A stretch of DNA of 64,000 bases from an uncultured Anaerolineae bacterium (GCA_964487375.1 CAZAQA010000012.1:26313-90312); one strand, 5' to 3'; counted from the first letter of the stretch, positions 18,077-28,451 are shown. Program-made: numbers and translations. The notes: a model not told the origin generated them from the sequence alone.

Positions 18077-20317
18077 ATGGTACGTATTTTCAAATACATG
18101 AAACCTTTTCTGCTTCTCCTCTTTTTGGCTATTGTTTTGATCTTTATCCAGGCAAACGCGGACCTAACGTTGCCGGATTACATGTCCCGAATCGTGAACG
18201 TAGGGATTCAGCAGAGCGGCGTGGAGAATGCGGTACCTGAAGCTATGCGACAGAGTACTATGGATCACCTCACCCTCTTCCTTTCGCCAGAAGAAAGGTC
18301 CCTGGTCAAGGCCCATTATCGCCTTATTCGCCCCCACACGTCAGAGGCTGCTCAATACGTGGATCGTTACCCGGTGCTGAATAAAACGCCCATTTATATT
18401 TTGAAAGATCAAACATCTGAGACCATCCGACAACTGGAGCCCATCCTTAGTCGCGATTTGCTGCTTATTTACGGGATTGAGCGCATCGAGAAGAACCCGA
18501 AACAGGCCCAACAACTTTTCCCGAATATGGGCTTCAACCTCTCTCAGATTCCACCGGGAACCGATCTCTTCACCCTAATGAAGCGGATGTCCCCGTCTCA
18601 ACGTGCCCGCTTGACGCAGGCCATCGACACCAGATTTAAGACCATAGGTGGTGAGAAGGCCATGCGCCAGGCTGCTGCGAGAGTCGTCAAGGTAGAATAT
18701 GACGCCTTGGGGATGGATACGGGGGCCATGCGGAATGCGTATATCTTGCATACGGGAGCCTGGATGCTCCTCATCGCTCTGGTTTCCGCGATTGCGACGG
18801 TAGTCGTGGGCTATTTGGCCGCGCAGATTGCCGCCGGCCTGGCCCGCGATCTGCGCTTCTACCTGTATCAAAAAGTGATGGGATTTTCGAACGCGGAACT
18901 GGACCGGTTTTCTATTTCCTCCTTGATTACCCGCTCAACCAACGATATTACTCAGATCCAGACAGCGCTGGTCATCATGATCCGACTGGTGTTCTACGCT
19001 CCTATTATTGGCATTGGGGCAGTCATTCACGCGTTGGACAAAAGCCCATCAATGTGGTGGACACTAACCCTGGCCGTGTTCATCCTTTTAGGACTTATTG
19101 GAACCGTCTTCAGCATTGCTGTCCCCAAGTTCAAGCTGATCCAGCGACTCATCGATCGGCTCAATTTGGTAATGCGTGAAAATCTCTCCGGCATGATGGT
19201 GGTCCGAGCTTTCAACCGTCAGGCCTATGAACTGGAGCGTTTTGACCGGAGCAACATAGATCTGACCCGCACCAGCCTCTTTGTCAACCGGGTATTCGTG
19301 GTCATGATGCCGGTGATGATGCTGGTACTCAACGGGTTTGTCATCCTGATCTTGTGGGTGGGTTCCCATCAGGTCTCAGAGGCCACGATGCAAGTGGGCG
19401 ACATGATCGCTTTCATGCAGTATGCGATGCAAGTAGTCTTTGCCTTCCTTATGCTGGCCATGATGTTCATCTTGTTCCCCCGGGCTGACGTTTCAGCAAA
19501 CCGCGTGGCAGATGTATTGGAAACCCACATCACCGTGCTAGATCCTCCAGAGCCTCGACACTTTCCGGTACCTTTCAAGCCCACTGTGGAATTTCGGCAC
19601 GTGTATTTCCGCTATCCCGATGCAGATGAAGACATGCTGCACGACATCCACGTCACCATTGAAGCCGGACAGACCGTAGGCATCATGGGCACAACGGGAT
19701 CCGGCAAATCCACGCTGGTCAACCTCATTCCCCGTTTCTACGATACCACGGGCGGTCTCATCTCCATAAACGGCGTGGATATTCGAGACGTCCCTTTGTC
19801 CGAACTTCGTGACCAAATCGGTTATGTCCCTCAACGGAGTATCTTGTTCACCGGCACCGTGGAGAGCAATCTCCGTTTCGGCAACGAACAGGCCGATGAG
19901 CAAACGCTACTCAAGGCCCTGGAGGTTGCCCAGGCCGACTTCATCCTCTCCCGTCCGGAGGGCCTGAGGACTCCCGTCGCCCAGGGCGGTATCAACTTCT
20001 CCGGCGGCCAGCGACAACGTCTAACTATTGCTCGGGCCTTGGTCAAACGCGCTCCCATTTACATCTTTGATGAGTGTTTCTCTGCCCTTGACTATAAGAC
20101 GGACGCCCGTTTGCGGCGAGCGCTCCGAGAGTATCTGGCGGGGCATACTATCATTATTGTCTCTCAGCGGGTGGCCACCATCAAAGATTCAGACGTCATT
20201 ATCGTCCTGGACGAAGGCCATGTGATCTGCCAAGGCACGCATCAACAACTTATCAAGGACTGCGCTATTTATCGTGAAATTGCTCTCTCGCAACTAAAGC
20301 AGGAGGCACTAGTATGA
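18077..20317 (+). CDS. Heterodimeric ABC exporter subunit A (degenerate ATP site) with large extracytoplasmic insertion
   Basis: TMD plus NBD: GTTGSGKST, FSGGQ, YIFDEC and switch SQR (Q for H). About 170 aa inserted after TM1. Confidence 0.9.
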   Translation: MVRIFKYMKPFLLLLFLAIVLIFIQANADLTLPDYMSRIVNVGIQQSGVENAVPEAMRQSTMDHLTLFLSPEERSLVKAHYRLIRPHTSEAAQYVDRYPVLNKTPIYILKDQTSETIRQLEPILSRDLLLIYGIERIEKNPKQAQQLFPNMGFNLSQIPPGTDLFTLMKRMSPSQRARLTQAIDTRFKTIGGEKAMRQAAARVVKVEYDALGMDTGAMRNAYILHTGAWMLLIALVSAIATVVVGYLAAQIAAGLARDLRFYLYQKVMGFSNAELDRFSISSLITRSTNDITQIQTALVIMIRLVFYAPIIGIGAVIHALDKSPSMWWTLTLAVFILLGLIGTVFSIAVPKFKLIQRLIDRLNLVMRENLSGMMVVRAFNRQAYELERFDRSNIDLTRTSLFVNRVFVVMMPVMMLVLNGFVILILWVGSHQVSEATMQVGDMIAFMQYAMQVVFAFLMLAMMFILFPRADVSANRVADVLETHITVLDPPEPRHFPVPFKPTVEFRHVYFRYPDADEDMLHDIHVTIEAGQTVGIMGTTGSGKSTLVNLIPRFYDTTGGLISINGVDIRDVPLSELRDQIGYVPQRSILFTGTVESNLRFGNEQADEQTLLKALEVAQADFILSRPEGLRTPVAQGGINFSGGQRQRLTIARALVKRAPIYIFDECFSALDYKTDARLRRALREYLAGHTIIIVSQRVATIKDSDVIIVLDEGHVICQGTHQQLIKDCAIYREIALSQLKQEALV

Positions 20318-22227
20318 GCACAGAACAAAAACCGCCTCTCCATCCCACATCGAAATCCAGACACGGCGGCGTCGCCATGCCACGTGGCCACATGATGAGC
20401 ATGGGCCCGGTGGAAAAGCCGCAAGATTTTAGCGGAACACTACGCAAACTGGTGGCGTATCTGAGCCCGTATACGCTTAAGATCGGCGTGGTGATGTTCC
20501 TGGCCATCGGCTCCACTCTCTTCTCCATCGTCGGTCCTAAAATTTTGGGGAACGCGACCACAACGTTGTTCAATGGACTGATGAGTCAACTCGCGGGTAC
20601 AGGAAGCATCGACTTCCAGGCCATCGAACGCATCCTTCTCACCGCTTTAGGACTCTATGTTCTCTCGGCCATCCTATCCTACGCGCAAGGCTGGCTCATG
20701 ACCGATGTCGCCATGCAAGTCGCCTACCAGCTTCGCAAGGAGTTGATGGCCAAAATTCACCGGATGCCGTTTCGTTACTTCGACGGAACCACTTATGGCG
20801 AAGTCCTTTCGCGCCTGACTAACGATGTAGATACGGTCAACCGTACGCTCAACCAAAGCCTCACCCAAATTGTCACTTCTGCCGTGACGGTTTTGGGGAT
20901 TCTGGCCATGATGTTGGATATTAGCTGGCAAATGACGGTGGTCGCCCTCTTGATCGTCCCTATCTCTTTTGCGGTGATGATCGGCATCATCAAATCATCG
21001 CAGAAATACTTCGCTCAACAACAAGAATACCTGGGGCATGTGAACGGTATCGTTGAAGAATCCTTCGGCGGCCACATCATCGTTAAAGCGTTCAACAAAG
21101 AAAAGGAGAACATCGACACTTTTAATGGATACAATCGCACGCTTTATGGATCGGCCTGGAAAGCCCAATTCTTTTCCAGTATCATCCAACCGCTCATGCG
21201 ACTCATCGGCAATTTTGGTTACGTGGTCGTCGTTGTGTTGGGAGGATGGCTGGCCGTCCAAGATCTGATCACTGTGGGGGATATCCAAGCCTTCATCCAG
21301 TACATGCGTTCATTCACCCAACCCATCACGCAGCTCGCGAACATCTCGAACATCCTACAACAGACCATTGCGGCTGCAGAACGGGTGTTCGAATTTCTGG
21401 AGGAAGAAGAAGAGGTGCCCGATCCAGCTCACGTACTCCGGATTGACCCCAATCACGTCAAGGGGCATGTAGAATTCCGAAATGTGTACTTTGGTTATCT
21501 GCCGGATAAGCCGGTCATCAAGGGATTCTCCGCCACCATCCATCCTGGACAGAAGGTTGCTATCGTAGGTCCAACGGGAGCCGGGAAGACCACGCTCGTG
21601 AAACTGCTCATGCGCTTCTACGACGTGAACGAAGGGGCTATCCTGGTCGAAGGTCACGACGTGCGCGAGTACGCTCGGGCAGATCTACGCCGCCTTTTCG
21701 GGATGGTCCTCCAGGATACCTGGCTTTTCAACGGTACGATCATGGAGAACATCCGCTATGGACGTCTCGACGCGACGGATGAGGAGGTCATCGCCGCCGC
21801 CCAAACGGCCCACGCCGACCACTTCATTCGCGCCCTGTCTGGAGGATACGACTTCGTTATCAATGAAGAAGTGACGAACATCTCTCAGGGACAGAAACAG
21901 CTTCTCACCATTGCTCGCGCTATCCTGGCGAACCCCCCCATCATGATCTTGGACGAAGCAACCAGCTCTGTGGACACCCATACAGAACTGCTCATCCAGA
22001 GTGCCATGGACAAATTGATGCACGGTCGAACCAGTTTTGTCATTGCCCATCGGCTGTCTACCATCCGCAACGCGGACATCATCCTCGTCATTCGCGATGG
22101 CAACATCGTCGAGCAAGGAACCCACGAAGAGCTTCTGGCCAAGGGAGGCTTCTACGCGGAGTTGTACAACAGTCAATTTGAAAGCCGTATCGAAGAAGCT
22201 CAGGAGCTGGCAGCGGTCCTTTCATAG
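20314..22227 (+). CDS. Heterodimeric ABC exporter subunit B (consensus catalytic residues)
   Basis: GPTGAGKT, ISQGQ, ILDEATS and IAHR. ATGA overlap with subunit A. Confidence 0.92.
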   Translation: MSTEQKPPLHPTSKSRHGGVAMPRGHMMSMGPVEKPQDFSGTLRKLVAYLSPYTLKIGVVMFLAIGSTLFSIVGPKILGNATTTLFNGLMSQLAGTGSIDFQAIERILLTALGLYVLSAILSYAQGWLMTDVAMQVAYQLRKELMAKIHRMPFRYFDGTTYGEVLSRLTNDVDTVNRTLNQSLTQIVTSAVTVLGILAMMLDISWQMTVVALLIVPISFAVMIGIIKSSQKYFAQQQEYLGHVNGIVEESFGGHIIVKAFNKEKENIDTFNGYNRTLYGSAWKAQFFSSIIQPLMRLIGNFGYVVVVVLGGWLAVQDLITVGDIQAFIQYMRSFTQPITQLANISNILQQTIAAAERVFEFLEEEEEVPDPAHVLRIDPNHVKGHVEFRNVYFGYLPDKPVIKGFSATIHPGQKVAIVGPTGAGKTTLVKLLMRFYDVNEGAILVEGHDVREYARADLRRLFGMVLQDTWLFNGTIMENIRYGRLDATDEEVIAAAQTAHADHFIRALSGGYDFVINEEVTNISQGQKQLLTIARAILANPPIMILDEATSSVDTHTELLIQSAMDKLMHGRTSFVIAHRLSTIRNADIILVIRDGNIVEQGTHEELLAKGGFYAELYNSQFESRIEEAQELAAVLS

Positions 22228-22511
22228 CAAACAGCCACCGTCTGAGTCCGGGGCGCGGCGTTCGCAAATCCGACCGGACATTCCCGGCACGGCAGAAGGC
22301 TGGCACTTTCACGGACCCCGCTCATTTGTGTGTTTGGACAAGCGTCCTGTACAATAGACGTGGTCATACGGTCTCTATACATTGCAAGGTGGCACCTTAA
22401 CAATCGGATAGAGGAAATCCGTCGGTCATGGACGTTCGACGAGGTGGTCATCCTTTATACCTCGGATGAGCGCTCGACCGGCAGAAACAAGGATGGACAA
22501 GGAGTACCATA

Positions 22512-24383
22512 GTGAGTAAGAAACGAAGCAAACAAAAAAAAACACGACGCCGATGGTATCGCATGGACTTGCATGTGCATACACCCGCATCAGAGGATTG
22601 GCGTGATCCAGGAGTAACATTTCTTGACTGGTTGCAAGCAGCCGAGGCCAAAGAGCTGGATATTGTGGCCATGACCGATCACAATACAGTAGCCGGTTAT
22701 GCCCGTTTTCGCCAGGATGTCGATCGACTGGTGTGGTTGGAGAAAGAAGGACGCATTTTGCCTGAAGAACAAGAACGCCTCCAAACTTATAGGGACCTTT
22801 CCAACAAGATTCTCATCTTGCCTGGCTTTGAATTCACGGCTGCATTAGGATTTCACATTTTAGGTATTTTCCCGCCTGAAATCTCCATTCGCCAGTTGGA
22901 GTTCCTCCTCTTACACCTGGGAGTTCCAACCGAGAAATTGGAAGCAGGATCAACCACGGTGGGAGCCACAGCGGATGTTCTAACCGCCTATCGTTTGATT
23001 CGCGAGGCAGGGGGATTGGTCGTCGCAGCCCATGCGAATAGCGCACACGGAGTCATGATGCGTGGGCTAAATATCGGCGGGCAAACGCGCATTGCCTATA
23101 CACAAGACCCAAACCTGCATGCTCTCGAAGTGACCGACCTGGGAAGCCGAAGGCGGGGATCTACAGGACGATTTTTCGACGGCAGCAAGGCTGAATACCC
23201 TCGGAGAATGCACCTGATTCAGGGATCGGATGCCCACAGCCTCGAAGCCGACCCGCAGGACAAGAATAGATTGGGAATCGGTGATCGTCCCACCGAGATC
23301 TCTCTGGAGGAGCCCACCTTCGAGGCTATCAAAGCGGTCCTCGAGAGCGATGAATTCGACCGTATTCGCAAGCCCAGAGCGCGTGCCACCAGAGATCCCC
23401 TGGCGGAGGCCCAACGGTCCGGGGAGAGTGAGAACTTTGCCTTCCACAAGCGGATAAGTGCCAAAGGCGGAGAAAAGGAACGTATTTTGAGGGACGTGGT
23501 GGCTCTGGCGAACACCCATGGTGGCAGGATTTTCGTTGGCGCCAGTGCCAAGCGGACAGAACCCCCTGTCGGAATACAACACCCACGGGTGACTCTCAAA
23601 GAATTGCAAGAGGCTATACTCCGCCGGGTCATCCCAGCCTTGGCTGTGAAGCTCTCCTTGATCAATGTGCGCGGCAAGCATGTCATCATCATTGATGTAC
23701 CCGAAGGAGCTGACAAACCTTACACGCTGGACAATCAGCTAGTAACCGTGCGCCATGGACGGGAAACGCGTCCAGCCGCGCGCGAGGAATTACTGGCCCT
23801 GGCAAGGGACCACCTTTCTGCAACGCCGGCAGCCCTCTCTGCCCCGCAGTCATCTCCTGCTCCCTTGGCCGTCGTTCAACCTGCTCACCAGGAGCCCCGC
23901 GGGCAGAAAGTGCGGGGGAGGGGTGGAAACCGCCGTAACAAGGGACACAAACGGCACGAACAAGCGCCCCACTCTGGGCAAGAAAGCCTGCCGCCCCCCT
24001 CGGACGGAGTCGAAATTGTAGGCGTAGAAGAACGTGGAGGAGTACGTCGCTACACGATCCGTGACCTGCGCAACGGAAGTATTGTATCGGATGTCACTCG
24101 AGAATCTGCAAGACGACTGTGGGCCTATGCTATTCAACGGTACGAGAGCGGAAAAGTAGATCCTGACCATGTGACCTGGTTTGGCGATTCGGGAATCTGG
24201 CGTGCGGAATACCGGGCGGGGAAAATGCGTTATGACCTGGTACAACGCCTGCCCGATGGGAAATATGCTGTTTACTACGGTGTGACAGAAGAAGGGTTCG
24301 TTGGGCCCTGGGCCGAACTTCTGCCCATCGCAAAAGAGATGGCCACCTTGCAAATGGATGCATTGCCTCATACAACCGAGTAA
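22512..24383 (+). CDS. PHP phosphoesterase + AlbA_2 (Schlafen-like) domain + unknown C-terminal domain
   Basis: PHP motifs DLHVHT, TDHN, GFE, HILG, AHA and GSDAH; then [13 protein letters not shown]...[13 protein letters not shown] (AlbA_2); basic linker; C-terminal domain of about 130 aa. Confidence 0.75.
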   Translation: MSKKRSKQKKTRRRWYRMDLHVHTPASEDWRDPGVTFLDWLQAAEAKELDIVAMTDHNTVAGYARFRQDVDRLVWLEKEGRILPEEQERLQTYRDLSNKILILPGFEFTAALGFHILGIFPPEISIRQLEFLLLHLGVPTEKLEAGSTTVGATADVLTAYRLIREAGGLVVAAHANSAHGVMMRGLNIGGQTRIAYTQDPNLHALEVTDLGSRRRGSTGRFFDGSKAEYPRRMHLIQGSDAHSLEADPQDKNRLGIGDRPTEISLEEPTFEAIKAVLESDEFDRIRKPRARATRDPLAEAQRSGESENFAFHKRISAKGGEKERILRDVVALANTHGGRIFVGASAKRTEPPVGIQHPRVTLKELQEAILRRVIPALAVKLSLINVRGKHVIIIDVPEGADKPYTLDNQLVTVRHGRETRPAAREELLALARDHLSATPAALSAPQSSPAPLAVVQPAHQEPRGQKVRGRGGNRRNKGHKRHEQAPHSGQESLPPPSDGVEIVGVEERGGVRRYTIRDLRNGSIVSDVTRESARRLWAYAIQRYESGKVDPDHVTWFGDSGIWRAEYRAGKMRYDLVQRLPDGKYAVYYGVTEEGFVGPWAELLPIAKEMATLQMDALPHTTE

Positions 24384-24388
24384 CAGCG

Positions 24389-24418
24389 GTAGGGGCGGCT
24401 CTCGTGGGCTGCCCCTAC
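24389..24418. repeat. GTAG-type REP-like palindrome between convergent genes (probable bidirectional terminator)
   Basis: gtaggggcggctc-tcgt-gggctgcccctac: 13-bp stem with two G-U pairs. Confidence 0.6.
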
Positions 24419-24422
24419 GGCG

Positions 24423-25901
24423 TTATTTGGTTATTTGATAAATCCAGAAATGCACGCGACCGTCTCGACCATACACCCGATGCGTCAAGTGGAGCCCTAC
24501 TCCTGCTGCTCTCAGACGCTTCACCGCCTGCCATCGTGCTCGTTCATGCCAGGCAGGGAAGACCAGCAATCGGGGAATGTGGTCTCCTCGTGATGCGTCC
24601 TGTACCAGCCAGGAGATATCCGGCCACCACCGATAGTCGTAAGGCGCACCGAACAGATAAAAGCCATAGTGCCACCCCAACCAATGATGATAAAGAATGC
24701 CCCCAGGGGGCAACTCGACCATTATGTAAGCTGCCACGTCATCGATGCCGTCATAAGCCCCATGATCACCGCCGACAGGGTAATGGGCCATACCTGCCTG
24801 AAAACCCACCCATAGCGCCAACACCACGCAACCCCAACGCCATCGGGATTTTCTCCTGACGATCCACTGCCAACCATGCCCAACCAGTGCTGCCCATACA
24901 GGAGCCAGGAGGAGAAGGTAGCGGTCCCAGGGGGATAGGCGAACCATCAGAAAAAGCACACTGTTCCCCAAAAGCCACCCCCAAAGCAAAGTTGGTGCCC
25001 AACGATTTTTCCCTTGGGACCATGCCACTCTTGCCCCGACAAGAGCCAATCCCCATGCCAGAAGGAAGGGAACCCATCCGCCCCAAGCAGCCAGAATTAC
25101 GGGCCACCAGACCTGCAGTCGGGTGGGCAGATCCACCAGGGGAACGAGGCCGATGCCACCGTAATGACGGATTCCCATCTCCCACGTGAACGGCCTCCCT
25201 CGATACTGTTCCCATTGCCACCACCGCCACAGGGGGACTAAAACCCCCGCCCCCCATGCAGGTAACCAATATCGCATTCGCTGTTTCCGTATCCAGGCGG
25301 TTCCCCACAGTAGAGGTATCCATAAGAGCGCCAGCGGTTTTGTGGCCACAGCCAGACCAAAGGTCACGCCACTTGTTAGAGCCCAGGGGACCGGGTGGGG
25401 TCGCCGCCGCGCTGCGGCCCAAGCAGCTAGCAGGGTCCATCCCACCATAAGAGCGTCCATATACCCCGTCGGAGCAAGAAGTACACTCAAAGGAAGCAAC
25501 GCATAGAGAAGCAGCGCTGCCCTCGCCGTTACTCTGCCCAACAGGTCACGTGTCCAGGCATACATCAATGGAAAAGCGACGGTTGATCCGAGCAAAGCTG
25601 GCAGGCGGAGAGTTTCTTCCGAGGGGCGAAAAATCTCATACAGCCAGGACAGGAGGTAGGGGAAAAGGGGAGGCTTGTCCACAGGGACATTGCGCAGCAT
25701 GACGTCCAAATGAGCGTAGATCAGCCAGCCCCAATAGCCGTAAAGCGCCTCATCCTCACGCAGGCGAAAGCGCGACCAGAGCCCCCAGCGAAAGGTGGCC
25801 CCAAGCAGGAGGAATACCAGAAGCCACAGACGCCGGGATGAATGTAATATATCGCTATGTCCACGGCGGACATGGACGACTTGCGTCCTCCTCATCCCCA
25901 T
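24423..25901 (-). CDS. ArnT/PMT-like GT-C (GT39/GT83) membrane glycosyltransferase
   Basis: REDEALYGYWG, VDKPPLFPYL, RLPALLG, YMDALM, GLAVATKP and many TMs. Start uncertain (25901 or 25895). Confidence 0.7.
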   Translation of the reverse strand: MGMRRTQVVHVRRGHSDILHSSRRLWLLVFLLLGATFRWGLWSRFRLREDEALYGYWGWLIYAHLDVMLRNVPVDKPPLFPYLLSWLYEIFRPSEETLRLPALLGSTVAFPLMYAWTRDLLGRVTARAALLLYALLPLSVLLAPTGYMDALMVGWTLLAAWAAARRRPHPVPWALTSGVTFGLAVATKPLALLWIPLLWGTAWIRKQRMRYWLPAWGAGVLVPLWRWWQWEQYRGRPFTWEMGIRHYGGIGLVPLVDLPTRLQVWWPVILAAWGGWVPFLLAWGLALVGARVAWSQGKNRWAPTLLWGWLLGNSVLFLMVRLSPWDRYLLLLAPVWAALVGHGWQWIVRRKSRWRWGCVVLALWVGFQAGMAHYPVGGDHGAYDGIDDVAAYIMVELPPGGILYHHWLGWHYGFYLFGAPYDYRWWPDISWLVQDASRGDHIPRLLVFPAWHERARWQAVKRLRAAGVGLHLTHRVYGRDGRVHFWIYQITK

Positions 25902-25914
25902 CGGCCATCTGTGC

Positions 25915-26850
25915 TCAAAGTTCTTCGTACGAGTGAAGGCGATCTCGACGGCGGGCGAGTTCACTGGCATAACGTCGGCCGAGCAGGTGAGCATGCTCAG
26001 TCACCCAGCTGCTGAGACGGGTCCGACCCACCGGGGGAGAATCCGTATAAAGGAGATTCCGCATCAACCCCACGACCTCCTCCCACGTCAGGAAGACATC
26101 CCCCTGCCACTTGCCGATCAGCCAGGCTGCCGCATATCCCAGTGCCGGCGGCACAGGGAAGAGAGGACGCGGCCGTCCGATGGCTTCGGCAATAGTCTTG
26201 ACCAACCTGCGAAAGGTGTACGTCTCTGGGCCGATAGCGTCAATGACCACATTCTCGTCTCTTGCTCCTTGGGACACGGCCAGATCGGCAAAATCTTCCA
26301 CATAAATAGGCTGGAGTTTGTATCGACCATGGCCGAAGACGCCAAAGATGGGAAGATGCCGTAGCGCCCAGGCGATGTTATTGACCAAGATATCTTCACG
26401 TCCAAAAATAACCGCCGGACGCAAGATGGCATAACTCATCCCCGAGTGCATCAGAATTTCTTCAAGGATGGCTTTTCCACGAAAATACGACAGATCACTT
26501 TCCTGGCTGGGATTCGTGATGCTAACGTGAACAATGCGCCGGACCCCTGCCCGGCGGGCAGATTCAAATAGAACACGCGTGTTGCGGATCGCCTCAGCGT
26601 GGGTAAACCCCTTGTAATTAAAACGTACCCAGTACGTGTTATACAACACGTTCGCACCTTGCATAAAAGCGGTCAATTCATCGGGACGATCGAACGTGTA
26701 CGGATGAGCAGCAACGCGGTCGCCAAACGGATGAACACGATGAAGAGAGTTGGTCAAGGTACGCACCCGAACTCCCTGCTTTAACAGACGTTCTGTGATA
26801 TACTTTCCGGTGTAACCGAAGGCTCCTGTGACAACGCAGACTCCGCTCAT
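25915..26850 (-). CDS. NAD(P)-binding atypical SDR (NDUFA9-like epimerase/dehydratase family)
   Basis: VTGAFGYTG Rossmann motif, VHVSI, YFRGKA and LRPAVIFG. Confidence 0.8.
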   Translation of the reverse strand: MSGVCVVTGAFGYTGKYITERLLKQGVRVRTLTNSLHRVHPFGDRVAAHPYTFDRPDELTAFMQGANVLYNTYWVRFNYKGFTHAEAIRNTRVLFESARRAGVRRIVHVSITNPSQESDLSYFRGKAILEEILMHSGMSYAILRPAVIFGREDILVNNIAWALRHLPIFGVFGHGRYKLQPIYVEDFADLAVSQGARDENVVIDAIGPETYTFRRLVKTIAEAIGRPRPLFPVPPALGYAAAWLIGKWQGDVFLTWEEVVGLMRNLLYTDSPPVGRTRLSSWVTEHAHLLGRRYASELARRRDRLHSYEEL

Positions 26851-26964
26851 GGCTCTTGTTCCCTCCCGACCGAGGACACGAACATCCCCTTGAGCCTATC
26901 ATAGTGGCATGATTTTGACAATCATCATCGCTGGCAGGGAGGTATCAACAGAAAGGAGGACTCG

Positions 26965-28134
26965 ATGGTCCAGACAGCAGACATTCTCATCATAGGTGGT
27001 GGCATCCATGGGGCCAGCCTGGCCTTCCACTTGACCCAACGAGGTCTGAAGCCTATTGTGCTAGAACGAAAGTTCATTGGCAGCGGCGCGACCGGACGCT
27101 CTAGTGGGTTGGTGCGCATGCATTATGATCTGAAGCTTGAATCCCAATTGGCCTGGGTCTCCTTCCAATATTTCCGCAACTGGACAGAAATTGTAGGAGG
27201 AGATTGCGGGTTTACCCGCACCGGATTCATCCAGATTGTGCCGCCAGCCCAGAATGAACCGCTGAAAGCCAACGTCCGTATGCATCAGGCCATAGGAATC
27301 CCGACCTTCCTGGTAACTGCTGAAGATGTCAAACGCCTGGCTCCTTATTTCCGCACAGATGATTTCGAATACGCGGCCTATGAACCCGAGTCCGGCTACG
27401 CCGATCCAGCGGCAGCTCTCGCCAGTTTAATGGATGCCGCGCGTGCTCGCGGCGCAACGTTGGTTCAAGGCTGCGAAGTGATGAACATTGTTGTTCGAGG
27501 CGGACGTGTCACAGGCGTAGAGACGAATAAAGGTCTCTTTCAAGGACCGACAGTAGTCAACGCCGCCGGCGCTTGGGCCGGCCACGTAGCGCAAATGGTC
27601 GGCCTGGACCTTCCCCTAACCACCTGGCGGCACGATGTGATGTTTGTCCGTCGACCTCGAGATATAGGCCCCAGCCACCCTTCTGTTATCGACAACGCAT
27701 TAGAAATGTACTTCCGACCGGAGAGTGGCGGGCTTACGTTAGTGGGGCTAGAAGACAGCAATGTCATCGGAGAATCTCCTGACGGGGACACCGATCATCC
27801 CAAACCCGGCTTTGTCGAACGGGCCATTGACCGCATTTGCCAACGCATCCCTTCCATGGAGGAAGGCTCTTTACACAGCGCCCACGGGGGATATGACGGT
27901 CTGAGCCAGGATCAACGGGCGCTCTTGGGACCCGCCGGCCCCGAAGGCTTTTACCTGCAATGCGGGTTTAGTGGCACAGGCTTCAAAATCTCTCCTGCCG
28001 TCGGCCAATGCATGGCAGAATGGATCGTGGACGGCACGCCCAAAACAGTCGACATCACCCCTTTTTCACTGGAACGTTTTAGTAAAAGGAAGGCTTTGCG
28101 CGGTGAGCACAGCTATGGAGATATCTGGCACTAA
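26965..28134 (+). CDS. FAD-dependent oxidoreductase (sarcosine oxidase beta / DAO family)
   Basis: IIGGGIHG, SGATGRSSG, VVNAAGAW and GFSGTGFK. Confidence 0.88.
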   Translation: MVQTADILIIGGGIHGASLAFHLTQRGLKPIVLERKFIGSGATGRSSGLVRMHYDLKLESQLAWVSFQYFRNWTEIVGGDCGFTRTGFIQIVPPAQNEPLKANVRMHQAIGIPTFLVTAEDVKRLAPYFRTDDFEYAAYEPESGYADPAAALASLMDAARARGATLVQGCEVMNIVVRGGRVTGVETNKGLFQGPTVVNAAGAWAGHVAQMVGLDLPLTTWRHDVMFVRRPRDIGPSHPSVIDNALEMYFRPESGGLTLVGLEDSNVIGESPDGDTDHPKPGFVERAIDRICQRIPSMEEGSLHSAHGGYDGLSQDQRALLGPAGPEGFYLQCGFSGTGFKISPAVGQCMAEWIVDGTPKTVDITPFSLERFSKRKALRGEHSYGDIWH

Positions 28135-28146
28135 ACGCAGATGGGC

Positions 28147-28415
28147 GGTCGTGCACCCCCCGTCGAGACCACCCCTGGCGCCTTACCCAGCCAAACGGCT
28201 CCAGCCAGGCACTCCCGCGTCACCCGGGCGACACCACTTAGGGCTGCTTCCTTCCGGACCTGACCCGATTCGTGGCTGCCCGCTGCGTGGGACCCAACCT
28301 TCAATACCGCTTAGGCCGGGCAGACACGCCGAGGATGCCCCCTCAGGGGGGGATTCAGCCCCGCTATGGCGGATTGCGGGTTCAGGGCACCGCCAGCTCC
28401 CCGCCTAGCACGACC
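28147..28415 (-). ncRNA. ffs: Signal recognition particle RNA, large (Alu-domain-containing) bacterial type
   Basis: Minus strand reads GGTCGTGCTAGGCGGGGAG...GGTGCCCTG..CCCGCAATCCGC (Alu domain), ...TCAGGTCCGGAAGGAAGCAGC... (helix 8; 28243-28263), and ends GTGCACGACC pairing with the 5' end. 269 nt long. Confidence 0.95.
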
Positions 28416-28421
28416 AAGGCT

Positions 28422-28451
28422 ATGGTAACAAAGGTCCCGGTCTGCTGTCAA
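28422..28451 (-). promoter_or_regulatory. Promoter of SRP RNA
   Basis: Minus strand TTGACA-18 bp-TACCAT with extended TGn, 6 nt before the RNA 5' end. Confidence 0.7.

Noticed and set aside
22228-22511. Possible riboswitch (for example c-di-GMP) upstream of the PHP gene
   Set aside because: Only a GCAAA word is present, and the conserved aptamer elements are missing.
22512-24383. PHP protein as a Ppl-type anti-phage system
   Set aside because: There is no P-loop ATPase domain, the Schlafen catalytic motif is degenerate, and the neighbourhood is not a defence island.
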